Positions 1 to 9,341 of a stretch of DNA of 61,211 bases are shown here, in pieces; position 1 is the first letter of the stretch; every line of letters begins with the position of its first letter. The position numbers and the translations under genes were made by a program. The notes beneath the pieces were generated by a model. The model did no database searches. It saw only the letters and a list, made by a program, of their open reading frames with translations, and was not told the origin of the DNA. Source of the DNA: a virus. The stretch lies in IMG/VR virus record IMGVR_UViG_3300045988_081724, one strand, 5' to 3'.

Positions 1-61
1 ACCTGCGCGGTCTTTCAGCCACGTGATCATAGTCACATAGCGGAAGCCCCATGCCTCCATG
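1..61. repeat. Terminal direct duplication (copy 1), identical to 61151-61211; most likely circular-assembly overlap
   Basis: Exact 61/61 nt identity between the window start and end. Confidence 0.9.
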
Positions 62-261
62 ACCTTGAGACCATCGGGGAGGAAATTGTTCGTCACCCAG
101 AGATACAGGTGGCAGTCATTCGCCGCAATGCTTGGGACGTTTAGCGCCATGATGTCTTTTGTACTCATGAGCGGGTAGTGGCGATCCGCTCCCCGCTTGA
201 TCTTGCCGCCCCCCCGTTCCATCCACGGGGGATCGCAATAAATTGTTCTATACTTTACCAT
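1..261 (-). CDS. DNA methyltransferase, MT-A70 family, N-terminal part (gene wraps the circular junction; the C-terminal part is 60884-61150)
   Basis: Manual minus-strand translation 261->1 gives MVKYRTIYCDPPWMERGGGKIKRGADRHYPLMS... with the DPPW catalytic motif. RBS GAGGTGG sits 7 nt upstream of the ATG at 259-261. It is in frame with the ORF 60884..61210 through the duplicated 61 bp. Confidence 0.75.
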   Translation of the reverse strand, partial: MVKYRTIYCDPPWMERGGGKIKRGADRHYPLMSTKDIMALNVPSIAANDCHLYLWVTNNFLPDGLKVMEAWGFRYVTMITWLKDRAG

Positions 262-271
262 TTCTGCCACC

Positions 272-1348
272 TCATATCGAAGTAGGCAGCGGATATTTCC
301 GGCTGTTCTTTTCAAAAGCCTGGAGGCGTTTAAGAGCCTTACAAGTTGCCCCCGTTTGATTTTTATACATTTTCTGATTCAACTGACAAAACTCCCTAAA
401 TGTCATTTTCTTAACAAAATTCACTTGATTACACCACCTAGCGATTGTTGTATACAGCCCTTCCCACTTGCTTTGCTTCCACGGTGCTTCTTTTGGGGAT
501 TGGTATCTCATAATATACGGTATTGCTCCATATCGAAATAAAAGTTTAACTCTTAAAAAAACGCCTTCGATGTCTCTTTCGTCTGTACTAGTAAATCCGC
601 ACAATACGTAAAATCGCAAACTGGAAGTATTAGTAAACTCACGAATAAGTTGTAGCTTTCTTTCTATTAAGCGATAATCGCCTATATTGTCAAATGCAAA
701 AGTATAATCCCCGTCATATCTACATGAAAATAATTGCTTGCACTTCTCTTTGTCTAATATTCGTTCATCCATTCCTTGCTTAAACTGGAATGGCTTTTTA
801 GTTTCCTTTAGTAGTTCAAGGTATTCTTTCCATTTTGGATGACTTAGAAAGTTATCGTCTAAGAGACAGATCTTCTTTCTCTGCATATTCAAGAACTCTT
901 TTAGAGGACTAGCAGAAAATGCCCTATTGTATTTTTGGTTTACACAAAAAGGACATTTTCTAAAGCATCCCCTAGTTAGATACCCAATGCTATAATCGGT
1001 ATAAAACTTGACACCTTTCTTGTCGCTTTTCCACTCATCGTATAGATGATAGTCCGGCATATAATGTTCAATGGCTTCTGGAAGCATCGGTGCTTTGTCA
1101 AAAAAGTAACCTGTGCCACCTTTTATAATTTTCGTGTTTGTAAATAAACCTCGAATTGGATCAGGTGTATCCGTAAACACCTTAGCCACATAAACTATGT
1201 CAAAGGTGGATAAATTTGAGCAATCGAGTACCAGTTTCACATCGTTACCTATGTCCTTGTGAAAAGCCGATATTTTCATGCAACATAAATTTGGAAATCT
1301 ATGATTTTTTCTACCGACAAGATCGGCGTCAATTATACCAATCTTCAT
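272..1348 (-). CDS. Radical SAM domain protein (orphan; function unknown)
   Basis: 358-aa ORF with a CX3CX2C cluster (GCFRKCPFC) in the middle of the protein. Its stop overlaps the RBS of the methyltransferase. Confidence 0.6.
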   Translation of the reverse strand: MKIGIIDADLVGRKNHRFPNLCCMKISAFHKDIGNDVKLVLDCSNLSTFDIVYVAKVFTDTPDPIRGLFTNTKIIKGGTGYFFDKAPMLPEAIEHYMPDYHLYDEWKSDKKGVKFYTDYSIGYLTRGCFRKCPFCVNQKYNRAFSASPLKEFLNMQRKKICLLDDNFLSHPKWKEYLELLKETKKPFQFKQGMDERILDKEKCKQLFSCRYDGDYTFAFDNIGDYRLIERKLQLIREFTNTSSLRFYVLCGFTSTDERDIEGVFLRVKLLFRYGAIPYIMRYQSPKEAPWKQSKWEGLYTTIARWCNQVNFVKKMTFREFCQLNQKMYKNQTGATCKALKRLQAFEKNSRKYPLPTSI

Positions 1349-1815
1349 TTTCCAGTACTCCCTACTCCGCCAGTACGTTCACCAGTCGCTGTATCGTCAT
1401 CTGTGACCTTGAACGGAATAAAGATGCCTTGGCAAATTTTATCCCCGGTGTTAATCTGTACAGGTTCTTGCCCGAAGTTATACAGCGCAGCAATGATATT
1501 GCCATCGTTATTTTCATTTCCGTAATAATCACTATCAATAATTCCTACACCGTTTGGAATTGTAAGATGCTTCTTAATTCCAAAAGACGAGCGATCGCAA
1601 ATCATTAGAAACTCACCTCGTGGAAAGCGAGCTTTTACCCACGTCTTAATCTTGATCGTCTGTCCCGGCGCAATTACAACTGGATACGGGCAGAAAAAAT
1701 CATACCCAGCAGAATATTTCGTGCTGCGTTCGGGCAGTCGTACAACAAATGGGCAACCTTTTACAACCTTGAAAAATCTGCCTTCGCCAACATTTTTTAC
1801 ATTATTCATTTTCAT
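1345..1815 (-). CDS. dut: dUTP diphosphatase (dUTPase)
   Basis: Motifs SAGYDFF, GIIDSDYYG and GERTGGVGSTG. Confidence 0.85.
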   Translation of the reverse strand: MKMNNVKNVGEGRFFKVVKGCPFVVRLPERSTKYSAGYDFFCPYPVVIAPGQTIKIKTWVKARFPRGEFLMICDRSSFGIKKHLTIPNGVGIIDSDYYGNENNDGNIIAALYNFGQEPVQINTGDKICQGIFIPFKVTDDDTATGERTGGVGSTGK

Positions 1816-2023
1816 TTCCTCCTTTGAGAACGCAAACAGGTTCAGACAATCCGATAGTGAACGAAAGTAGCTCTTTGTCCTTTTTTAATTCCTCTTCGTT
1901 TTTGTATTTCTTGACGACATTTCCATCCACCATGAGGACGGTCTGTCTAAACAGTCCAACTTTTGCGAACTTAATAACTTTCGGGTGGCACAAATACATA
2001 TCGCTTCCGATGATGATATTCAT
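1802..2023 (-). CDS. Hypothetical protein (73 aa)
   Basis: ORF in the co-directional gene train. Confidence 0.4.
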   Translation of the reverse strand: MNIIIGSDMYLCHPKVIKFAKVGLFRQTVLMVDGNVVKKYKNEEELKKDKELLSFTIGLSEPVCVLKGGNENE

Positions 2024-2187
2024 TTAAGTTTCCTCCTTTTACATTTCATCGCGCGCAACTTCATTAAAAATCTTTTTTCCGAATGAAGTGGCTGCATATA
2101 CCTTACAAAATACCCGGCTTCTCGAAGTAAATGTCTCACATGATTCATTGTTGGGTATTTTTTAGTTTTAAACACATTAACCACTCC

Positions 2188-2433
2188 TTACAAATATAAA
2201 TCTATGTGATGATCGTGATACTTTTCTCCGTTGTAAGCCCAATCTTTATCTACTATCTGATACCCGAAAACTTCCTTCTGCATGAGCTCTTTCACTTTTC
2301 GGATTCTGGCATGGTGTCTAGCCTCCGCTATGAACGGATCGTAATTTGCAGCGATGTATACAGTTTCTGCCTCTCCGAAAAGGTTTAACGCTTCTTCAAC
2401 GGTATTTGCGTGCATCCCCCTGTATGTAATCAT
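2188..2433 (-). CDS. Hypothetical protein (81 aa)
   Basis: ORF in the co-directional gene train. Confidence 0.4.
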   Translation of the reverse strand: MITYRGMHANTVEEALNLFGEAETVYIAANYDPFIAEARHHARIRKVKELMQKEVFGYQIVDKDWAYNGEKYHDHHIDLYL

Positions 2434-2435
2434 TT

Positions 2436-2771
2436 TTACTCCCCCGCAACACCTCTTCTTTTACACCAGTTTTTTAAAGTTGCCATATCTCCCGGATAAA
2501 CGCCAAGCAACTCACACAAGCGCCATCCCGATGTGCTTCCACTGTACGAAATCACATAGAGCCTCAAGTATCGCTCCGCCAATGTTCTGAATGTCATGTA
2601 CGTTCTGGGTGTAGACACATTAAGAAAAAAATCAATGGCTCTTTCTGCTTTCTCTACGTCAAACCCAGCAGGTAACACTCTTATTCCATTCACAAACTCA
2701 ATTTCATTCTTTTCCATCTTTACACCCTCCCGTTCGTTTAGCGTACCTCTTATAGATAGCTTGCGCCTCAT
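2436..2771 (-). CDS. Hypothetical protein (start possibly the internal Met at 2717)
   Basis: ORF 111 aa whose 5' end overlaps the HNH gene. Confidence 0.4.
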   Translation of the reverse strand: MRRKLSIRGTLNEREGVKMEKNEIEFVNGIRVLPAGFDVEKAERAIDFFLNVSTPRTYMTFRTLAERYLRLYVISYSGSTSGWRLCELLGVYPGDMATLKNWCKRRGVAGE

Positions 2772-3111
2772 TCTGATGAACGATATTCCACGTCTTGATA
2801 GGTTCAGCGTTCATCCGACAGTCAATAAAATCCTTTTGGTAAAGGTGCTTTTTCTTCCCATGAGCATACACATCATGACAATCTCGACACAGAAGGATTA
2901 TATTCTCAAGAGTGTCGCTACCATATTCCGAACGATAGCGAATGTGGTGGTGATCCATTTTCCCGATAGATTTGCCACACCACTCACACCGAGGATAACC
3001 GTCACGGCTTGCTCTTCTGTCAACCATGGCGCAAATTGCTTTATATCCGGCAGGTGTAAGCCTAATTCGATCTTCTTTTTCAATCTTCATAGCGTTCTCT
3101 CTCCCACTCAT
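2704..3111 (-). CDS. HNH endonuclease (start probably 3090)
   Basis: Motif HHHIRYRSEYGSDTLENIILLCRDCHDVYAHG. A GGGAGAGAG RBS precedes the Met at 3090. Confidence 0.75.
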   Translation of the reverse strand: MSGRENAMKIEKEDRIRLTPAGYKAICAMVDRRASRDGYPRCEWCGKSIGKMDHHHIRYRSEYGSDTLENIILLCRDCHDVYAHGKKKHLYQKDFIDCRMNAEPIKTWNIVHQNEAQAIYKRYAKRTGGCKDGKE

Positions 3112-3631
3112 CTATGAGCTTTTTCCGTTCTTGGGGTGTTTTTACATCTAAGTGCTGCCGCTCTGCTTCGTCAACTAACCACTCAAGCAGTCGGGACATT
3201 TGCTCTTTGGTGTATAAGCTCGAACCTGTATAAACTCGGATCTCCCAATAGTCCCGATGTCTGCTTTCTATGTCAACGCACCACCCGATTCCGTGGCTTT
3301 CCCATTTCCTGCGTAAAGAGTCGTAAGCAAACGGCTTGACCGCTATCGTGTCCCATACTCCGACATTTCGTATTGCCGTCCGATATACGTCCTCTTTTGT
3401 AGAATGTAGCACTTTTGCTAATGCATCACACACAACCCAGCAATAAGCATTTGCCGATAGCGATCGCTTGATTTTTAACTTTCTAGCTTCCACTATGCAC
3501 TTGTCGGATTCGAGTAGATTCTTTAGTTCATCCATCTTGTCATTTGGCGTAATCAACTCTAACGAAACTGCTGTATATCCATAGTGCCTAGCAGGAGTGA
3601 AGCAATAGCGGTTTACTTTATCCCACTTCAT
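3080..3631 (-). CDS. Hypothetical protein (183 aa)
   Basis: ORF; no motif recognised. Confidence 0.45.
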   Translation of the reverse strand: MKWDKVNRYCFTPARHYGYTAVSLELITPNDKMDELKNLLESDKCIVEARKLKIKRSLSANAYCWVVCDALAKVLHSTKEDVYRTAIRNVGVWDTIAVKPFAYDSLRRKWESHGIGWCVDIESRHRDYWEIRVYTGSSLYTKEQMSRLLEWLVDEAERQHLDVKTPQERKKLIDEWERERYED

Positions 3632-4074
3632 TTTTCATTCACGAGCATATGCCGTACTTCATCAAGAGACTGTTCTTTTACAAGTTTGTCGAGATACCAC
3701 CCTGCCTTTTGTAAATCGACAACACCGCCCTTCTCTCTGTATCGCCATGTGTATTTCATGACCTGTCCTTTCAAAAAACCTCTATACTCTTCGCATGTCA
3801 TACTAGCCTTGATAGCTTCGATACATTCGATGTTCCCTTTGTAATAGTTCGGGTTGATTTTATCCGTTTTACATTCTTCGGTTATAGCCTTAACCGTGTA
3901 CGGTGGACAATTTTTAGTAAATTCAATATACCCATCTTTTGAGCAGTTAACGTTTCTTCCGTTGTCAAATTGTACTTTGATGTAATATGACGTATCTGTC
4001 TCGTCATATCCAATTACTGTTCCTTTGCCAAACGCTTTACATTCCACTCTGGTGCCAACCTTGAACTCACTCAT
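3628..4074 (-). CDS. DUF3310-like phage protein with N-terminal KxGxxV..FGxG repeat
   Basis: C-terminus NPNYYKGNIECIEAIK...YTWRYREKGG...AGWYLDKL resembles DUF3310. The ORF 58214..59005 is a paralog. Confidence 0.5.
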   Translation of the reverse strand: MSEFKVGTRVECKAFGKGTVIGYDETDTSYYIKVQFDNGRNVNCSKDGYIEFTKNCPPYTVKAITEECKTDKINPNYYKGNIECIEAIKASMTCEEYRGFLKGQVMKYTWRYREKGGVVDLQKAGWYLDKLVKEQSLDEVRHMLVNEK

Positions 4075-4546
4075 TTTTTGCCTCCACTTCTGAAATAGTT
4101 ACGCCAACACCGCTTTCTCCGGCATATGACTTTTTAACAATCAATGTAACTACCTGCTTGTCATCTCTATACGCAATGCCGTTTAGTGCATCCAGTATAA
4201 TCTTTGCGACATTATCCACATCAGGTTTCTTGAGTGGATATTCCACTTGATTTAGCATCCGAGTTTTTTTGATATTGGACGCTGATTGCGGTGGTTCAAT
4301 ATGCGCGAAGATTGCAACAATAAGCGGAACGTCATCAGGATATCTATAGTTCCCGCATTGTTCCTGATATTGTAACTTGACTAGATTTTCATACGACACT
4401 GTTTCTTTCGGAGTATAAGCAAATCGCCCATTAAATTTAGGTCTTTGCTTCGCTTGCACTTCGCCAGCGATAAAAAACGAATTTATTTCTGACATACAAA
4501 TTCTCCATGTTCTTCTACAAATCCCTTCAACACATCCGTAGCCCAT
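4067..4546 (-). CDS. rusA: RusA-family Holliday junction resolvase (start probably 4495, MSEINSFF)
   Basis: Motif KPDVDNVAKIILDALNGIAYRDDKQV. Confidence 0.75.
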   Translation of the reverse strand: MGYGCVEGICRRTWRICMSEINSFFIAGEVQAKQRPKFNGRFAYTPKETVSYENLVKLQYQEQCGNYRYPDDVPLIVAIFAHIEPPQSASNIKKTRMLNQVEYPLKKPDVDNVAKIILDALNGIAYRDDKQVVTLIVKKSYAGESGVGVTISEVEAKNE

Positions 4547-4695
4547 GACAGTCCGCGACTAAATTCGGGGTTTATTTTTTCGCTATTTTTAGCTCCTTTT
4601 TTTAACCCATGAACAGTAGCCTCGAACAGTTCTCTCGGAATACGAATTTCGTCATCACATGTGTCATCTCTTACCTTGTCATACATTTTAATCAC
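4483..4695 (-). CDS. Hypothetical protein (70 aa)
   Basis: Short ORF. Confidence 0.35.
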   Translation of the reverse strand: MIKMYDKVRDDTCDDEIRIPRELFEATVHGLKKGAKNSEKINPEFSRGLSWATDVLKGFVEEHGEFVCQK

Positions 4696-5492
4696 CCTTT
4701 CATAATCTCTTGCATCTCATCAAACCTATGAACTGCCGAAACCTTTCTGAAACTCTCTCCTGTAAATCTGACAGGAAAACACATAGAGAAAATACGGTCG
4801 TAAATACGCTGATACCGTCTGTCGTCTGTTCGTTTCATTTCTTCAAGCGTGAGGTTCGTTGTGAGAATGAGTGGCTTTCCGCTTCTATAACGGCTATCAA
4901 TAATGTTGTAGACGTTTTCAAGCACGTAGTCCGTGCTACGCTCTGCCCCGAAGTCATCAAGGATAAGCAGTTGCGGACGGTTGAGATTTTCGATAGTATC
5001 CTCGCAAACTCCTGTATTTCCAACTTTCGACAAGATTTTAATGAGAGACGTCATGATAACAGATACGCGGCGTTCCATTAACGCATTGGCGATGGCAGCA
5101 GCAGTATAGCTTTTCCCAGTACCCACATCGCCCCAAAACAGAAGTCCTTGCCCCTTCTTTTTTAGTTCTGAGAACTTTGCAATATACCTTTCGGCTACTT
5201 TGTATCCAAATGCGTTTCCTTCGCTTTTCGTATAGTTTTGTAAGCTGGCAGTGGCAAGCCGTGCATCTAGCAATGACTCTTTTTTCAATTTTCCTACTAC
5301 TCTCATATCGTGTTCGTACTTCGTTTTACGTTCTTTTGCCGCTTCTCTTTCCCTTTCGCAACGACACATAACCGGCATAACACGATTTACCATTTGCTTC
5401 GTGCCGTCCATTGCCGGAAACGCAACGACTCTTTCAATGTATTCGCCGCATTGGGGGCATCGTGCTAACTCCTGCATGTTTATCATCTCCAA
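4692..5492 (-). CDS. DnaC/IstB-like helicase-loader ATPase
   Basis: Walker A GDVGTGKSYTA and Walker B LLILDD. Confidence 0.8.
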   Translation of the reverse strand: MEMINMQELARCPQCGEYIERVVAFPAMDGTKQMVNRVMPVMCRCEREREAAKERKTKYEHDMRVVGKLKKESLLDARLATASLQNYTKSEGNAFGYKVAERYIAKFSELKKKGQGLLFWGDVGTGKSYTAAAIANALMERRVSVIMTSLIKILSKVGNTGVCEDTIENLNRPQLLILDDFGAERSTDYVLENVYNIIDSRYRSGKPLILTTNLTLEEMKRTDDRRYQRIYDRIFSMCFPVRFTGESFRKVSAVHRFDEMQEIMKG

Positions 5493-6187
5493 TCACTAAA
5501 GGGATCGTTTTCATTTGTTTCCACAATTTGAGGTTGAGATTCTTGCTTCGATAAATAATCAGAGAATGGAGTGGATGCTGATAAAAACGTTTTGGGGTGC
5601 TTTATGTACGTCTGCTCCGTGTTAGTTTTTCTTACATAAGCGCAATAATTCTTGGCAGATTCAATAAGCTCATTGGGCGTCCAACCATCCGAAATTCGAG
5701 CTTTGTAACATTTATAAGCATCCGCTTTTCCAATCTTGCGAGGATATTCTTTCCAAAATTCCTCAAACTCTTTTGGATATTCATTTCGCTTTTTCTTTGG
5801 CGGTGCTTCGGTTTCCTTCTGCTTTTCACGAAAACGTCTTACATATTCTCGATTTTTAGCAAGTTCATGCTCACGCTTATACCACCACTTTTGCCAAATA
5901 GCCCAGTCATGTAGTCGAATTGGTTCCACCTTGTCGAGATAGCCAACCTCGATTAACTCTTCGATAACCCTTTCGGGTTCAAGCAGTTTAGACAGTCCGA
6001 CATTTAACACATCTGCTACATCCTCTTTGCTTGCATCTGTTTCTCCGGCTTCATTAGCATTGTGCATCCCCCACAACCAAAGGCGTACAAGTATACCTAA
6101 GGCTTCGTTTTGACTGCAACCTAACGCTTTAGCTAGTCGTCGCAATTTTGCCCCCATGACCGTTTCGTGTACCGAGATCCATACCAT
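5483..6187 (-). CDS. Putative phage replisome organiser / replication initiation protein
   Basis: N-terminal ...LGILVRLWLWGMH... is replisome-organiser-like. It sits between the recT/exo module and the dnaC-like loader. Confidence 0.5.
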   Translation of the reverse strand: MVWISVHETVMGAKLRRLAKALGCSQNEALGILVRLWLWGMHNANEAGETDASKEDVADVLNVGLSKLLEPERVIEELIEVGYLDKVEPIRLHDWAIWQKWWYKREHELAKNREYVRRFREKQKETEAPPKKKRNEYPKEFEEFWKEYPRKIGKADAYKCYKARISDGWTPNELIESAKNYCAYVRKTNTEQTYIKHPKTFLSASTPFSDYLSKQESQPQIVETNENDPFSDWR

Positions 6188-6195
6188 TTCGTCTC

Positions 6196-6993
6196 CTATT
6201 GTTTATTGATAATGTCCTGAATGCCGATGACGTGTGAAAGTTTTTTGTAGTGTCTACAGCATGCACACGCTCCACATTTACGCGGCATGACATTTCCTTT
6301 TTTTACATCAAGGACACGTTCGAGATTGGCTTTAACGCTTTCCAGTGCATCATCGAGATAATTCTGCGTTATCTGAATAATTTGAATATCCGGCTCATAC
6401 TCCTTTGATGCCGCAGCGATATAAAACGGTAACTTTTTGCCAGTATTCTTTTCTACAACCGCTTGATAAATCGCTCCTTGAATGTCGTAGCCCCAATATC
6501 TAATAAAGTCCATGTAGCCAAACTGTCGCGAATAATACATTTCACGTATTGACTGCATTACCTTTAAATCAACAATGCAGACACCGGGAAAATAACTATC
6601 CATTTTTATTTTCCACGGCGTTCCGAAGAGATCCGCCGTCATAATAACCTGCTTATCCCCAGCAAGATATTTCAAGAAATACTCATCTTTGTTAATTCGG
6701 TTAATAACAGACTCCGCTTTCATAAATTCCGCTTTTAGCGTGCCGTCTTTCTTAAAAATTTCAGGATGCTCCGCTTTGAACGGTTCGAGGGTTCCTTCAT
6801 AATAATGGTCAACGTACGAACCAATCATCATTGCATTGTTCATGCCTTCCGACCACGTCCCATTCATTTTTTTCATGGCGCAGAACTCGCAACCTGCATG
6901 ACCGGGTGTACCAACAAAATCCTTATACTGCGATACGCTCATATATTCTTTATTTGCTTCGCTGCTATAGTACGTGCTTTCTTCCAGTTTCAA
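6196..6993 (-). CDS. PD-(D/E)XK exonuclease with C-terminal Cys cluster (Cas4/YqaJ-like), partner of RecT
   Basis: IVDLK motif and C-terminal CGACACC; immediately downstream of recT. Confidence 0.65.
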   Translation of the reverse strand: MKLEESTYYSSEANKEYMSVSQYKDFVGTPGHAGCEFCAMKKMNGTWSEGMNNAMMIGSYVDHYYEGTLEPFKAEHPEIFKKDGTLKAEFMKAESVINRINKDEYFLKYLAGDKQVIMTADLFGTPWKIKMDSYFPGVCIVDLKVMQSIREMYYSRQFGYMDFIRYWGYDIQGAIYQAVVEKNTGKKLPFYIAAASKEYEPDIQIIQITQNYLDDALESVKANLERVLDVKKGNVMPRKCGACACCRHYKKLSHVIGIQDIINKQ

Positions 6994-7856
6994 TTTCTAA
7001 GCTCCTCCATTTCCACTTCTGTAGTCTTATTTTTTGTTTCTTTGTAAGGTATTTGATTGAACTGCGGTTCTGTTACTTCGTTTTCAAGAGTAAAATTATC
7101 AGGCTGATTGTCGCCGTAGCTTCCATTTCCGTTCGCATCGAATGTTTTTTGATCTGCTTCAATGGCACGCTGCATACTAACGGAAAGGACTCCCCACCGG
7201 GAAAGAAGCAGCTTCAAAACCGTTTTCTTTGCCATCGTATCAAAGTTAATGCTCCATTGACTTAACTTTGTTCTTTCGTACAAATCTTTACGATAAGCAC
7301 TAGAATACTTTTTGGCGTGTTCAGTTATTTCCGCTTTACTCATATACAGTTCTTTCACAAATCCACTTTTTAACCGAAACCACGCATAGTACCCAACAAC
7401 TTTATTAAAATCCTTGTTTTTTCTGTCCTTACAAGAGGAAAAGTTTTCGGTAAAAATGCACTCTCCTGTGATTGGGTTGTACATTTCCAGTTCATCCGCA
7501 TAGACTTCCGCGCAATTCATTTTTTCGTAAGCGCCTGTTCTGATAGCTAACTGAATATAGCCTTTGTACATCATCTGAAACTGGCAGATGTCGTTATACG
7601 GAACAAGAGCGGAAAAACCGAGATTAGAATCTACAGGTAAATCGATAGATGCCGCTACCATTGCCGCCGCCATAATCGAATTAGGATTACAGTGTTTAAG
7701 TCTGCCGTTGTTTGCTACTGCGTTAATGATAGAAATCATAAACTGCGGTGCTTTTCCTCCAAGCGCCATGCTAAACCTAGATTTTACATCGTCAGTTTTC
7801 ATGAGTTTTTTAACTTCGGCTAAAGCGTCATTATTTGCAACAATTTTTGTATTCAT
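6990..7856 (-). CDS. recT: RecT-family single-strand annealing protein
   Basis: 288 aa with the ...DTMAKKTVLKLL... motif characteristic of RecT. Confidence 0.7.
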   Translation of the reverse strand: MNTKIVANNDALAEVKKLMKTDDVKSRFSMALGGKAPQFMISIINAVANNGRLKHCNPNSIMAAAMVAASIDLPVDSNLGFSALVPYNDICQFQMMYKGYIQLAIRTGAYEKMNCAEVYADELEMYNPITGECIFTENFSSCKDRKNKDFNKVVGYYAWFRLKSGFVKELYMSKAEITEHAKKYSSAYRKDLYERTKLSQWSINFDTMAKKTVLKLLLSRWGVLSVSMQRAIEADQKTFDANGNGSYGDNQPDNFTLENEVTEPQFNQIPYKETKNKTTEVEMEELRN

Positions 7857-8086
7857 TCTTTTCTCTCCCTTGCGACCTCGAACTCTTCACCTGTGATTTC
7901 CATAAACTCATCAATGGATAAATCTTGCACACAATCTTCGCAAACGTACCCTTTGATTCCATTTATATATTTATCTCCATCACAAATAGGTGCTCCGCAA
8001 ATGCAGCATTCATAAATCCCTTTGGGCTCGGGTTCATATGGACACCCGGGGAAATGTTCAAAAACTCCTCCACAAATTTCACACAT
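7853..8086 (-). CDS. Cys-rich small protein (putative zinc ribbon)
   Basis: Pairs CEICGG, CCICGAPIC and CEDC. Confidence 0.4.
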   Translation of the reverse strand: MCEICGGVFEHFPGCPYEPEPKGIYECCICGAPICDGDKYINGIKGYVCEDCVQDLSIDEFMEITGEEFEVARERKE

Positions 8087-8160
8087 GCTAGCCCCTTTCT
8101 GACTTCTCCGTATAGTTGCAACTACTATAACGGCAAAGTCTGATTTCTGTTGTAAAAAAA

Positions 8161-8877
8161 TTAGAGATATGCTCCTTCAAGCTCTCTCGTGATCTCTTTC
8201 TTCCTGTTTAAAATGTATCGGCTATATTCGGTTGAATGGATTCCCATTTGCCAAAGTCTTGTTGCTTCTGACAATCCCATGTTGTAAGACATAAGAAGAT
8301 AGTTTTCGTCGATACAATGCTTTTGTAATTCCGCAAGATAATCAATACCAACCAAAATGTTATCTACTGGATAATTTTCAATGTCAGCGTGCATGCGAGA
8401 AATACGCTCTTGATGCCAATCTGGAACAATCTGCATGTATCCAATGGCACCAGCATGATTATTTCTTGCTTCGGCATGGTATCCACTTTCTGCTTCGATA
8501 ATCGCAAGCACTAATGGATATGAGACATTATAACCGTGGCAAGCATACCATGTTCGTTTCTGTGTCCTAACATCCATCTTGCCACCTTCAGCCGCAAATT
8601 CAACCGGAATCTTGTACTCCTTAAACCCTTCTTCCTGAATATGTGCTTCCGCAATCATTTTAGGGTTTAAGTCCGTAGGTTCAGGCGTATCTTTGTTAGC
8701 CCAGACACAAGAAACGCCTACACCTACCGTAACTACTAAAGCAGTTGCCTTAATAACATTCTTCCACTTGATCCTTGTCCTTTTCTTCAAGATGTTTTCC
8801 TCCTGCCATAATGGAAATGTCCAATCCGGAATATGTTTCATACGCTTTTTCAAATTCTTCCCGGTTATTGAACCCAA
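8161..8877 (-). CDS. Lytic transglycosylase (SLT domain) with N-terminal membrane anchor
   Basis: Motif AIIEAESGYHAEARNNHAGAIGYMQI; TM segment ATALVVTVGVGVSCVWA. Confidence 0.75.
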   Translation of the reverse strand: MGSITGKNLKKRMKHIPDWTFPLWQEENILKKRTRIKWKNVIKATALVVTVGVGVSCVWANKDTPEPTDLNPKMIAEAHIQEEGFKEYKIPVEFAAEGGKMDVRTQKRTWYACHGYNVSYPLVLAIIEAESGYHAEARNNHAGAIGYMQIVPDWHQERISRMHADIENYPVDNILVGIDYLAELQKHCIDENYLLMSYNMGLSEATRLWQMGIHSTEYSRYILNRKKEITRELEGAYL

Positions 8878-8932
8878 ACTCTTCTTTCAGGTACGCTTCC
8901 ATTCGGGCTACTACTTCATCCACGATAATCAT
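8750..8932 (-). CDS. Hypothetical 60-aa ORF overlapping the SLT 5' end out of frame (possibly spurious)
   Basis: ORF only. Confidence 0.2.
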   Translation of the reverse strand: MIIVDEVVARMEAYLKEEFGFNNREEFEKAYETYSGLDISIMAGGKHLEEKDKDQVEECY

Positions 8933-9128
8933 CCTCCGTCCAGCTTACATTTAAAACGTCGGAGATCATTCGGTTCGTTGGTGGTGCAATGAGCTTACCA
9001 CTCACTACTAACGATACATACGGTCTACTGCGTCCAATTTTTTTTGCAAGCTCTGCTACCGTCATATTTCTTTCTAACATCGCAATTTTCACGCGAACTG
9101 ACCACGATAATTTCTTGGCTTTTTCCAT
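8916..9128 (-). CDS. Cro-like HTH (XRE family) regulator
   Basis: HTH LERNMTVAELAKKIGRSRPYVSLVVSG; divergent from the CI-like gene. Confidence 0.6.
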   Translation of the reverse strand: MEKAKKLSWSVRVKIAMLERNMTVAELAKKIGRSRPYVSLVVSGKLIAPPTNRMISDVLNVSWTEDDYRG

Positions 9129-9341
9129 AATTTCCCTCCTTTCGTAACGGAACTCTCAACTTTTGTACAGAACTGTGCTACAATACTTGTATACAAATGT
9201 TATGTAAGAATTATATATAATTCTTCGCTACATATGTATATCTATATATTGTCTTTTATTTTGTACAATCATATTATATACGAAAGTAACGTAAAAGTCA
9301 ACTACAATAAACGTATTTTTCCAACTTTAAGGAGGATCACC
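9129..9341. promoter_or_regulatory. Lysogeny switch intergenic region (divergent promoters, candidate operators)
   Basis: AT-rich 213 bp between divergent HTH genes. Contains the perfect 20-bp palindrome AAGAATTATATATAATTCTT (about 9205-9226) and two TTGTACA motifs. Confidence 0.55.

Noticed and set aside
1-61. Biological direct terminal repeat or att site
   Set aside because: An exact 61-bp duplication at the window ends that restores a continuous methyltransferase reading frame is most simply explained by a circular-assembly overlap.
2596-3117. 173-aa plus-strand ORF
   Set aside because: It lies antisense to the HNH gene and its neighbour. All well-supported genes in this region are on the minus strand.
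8086-8160. Terminator between the Cys-rich gene and the SLT gene
   Set aside because: The TATAGT..ACTATA stem is short and AT-rich with no clear U-tract on the coding strand.
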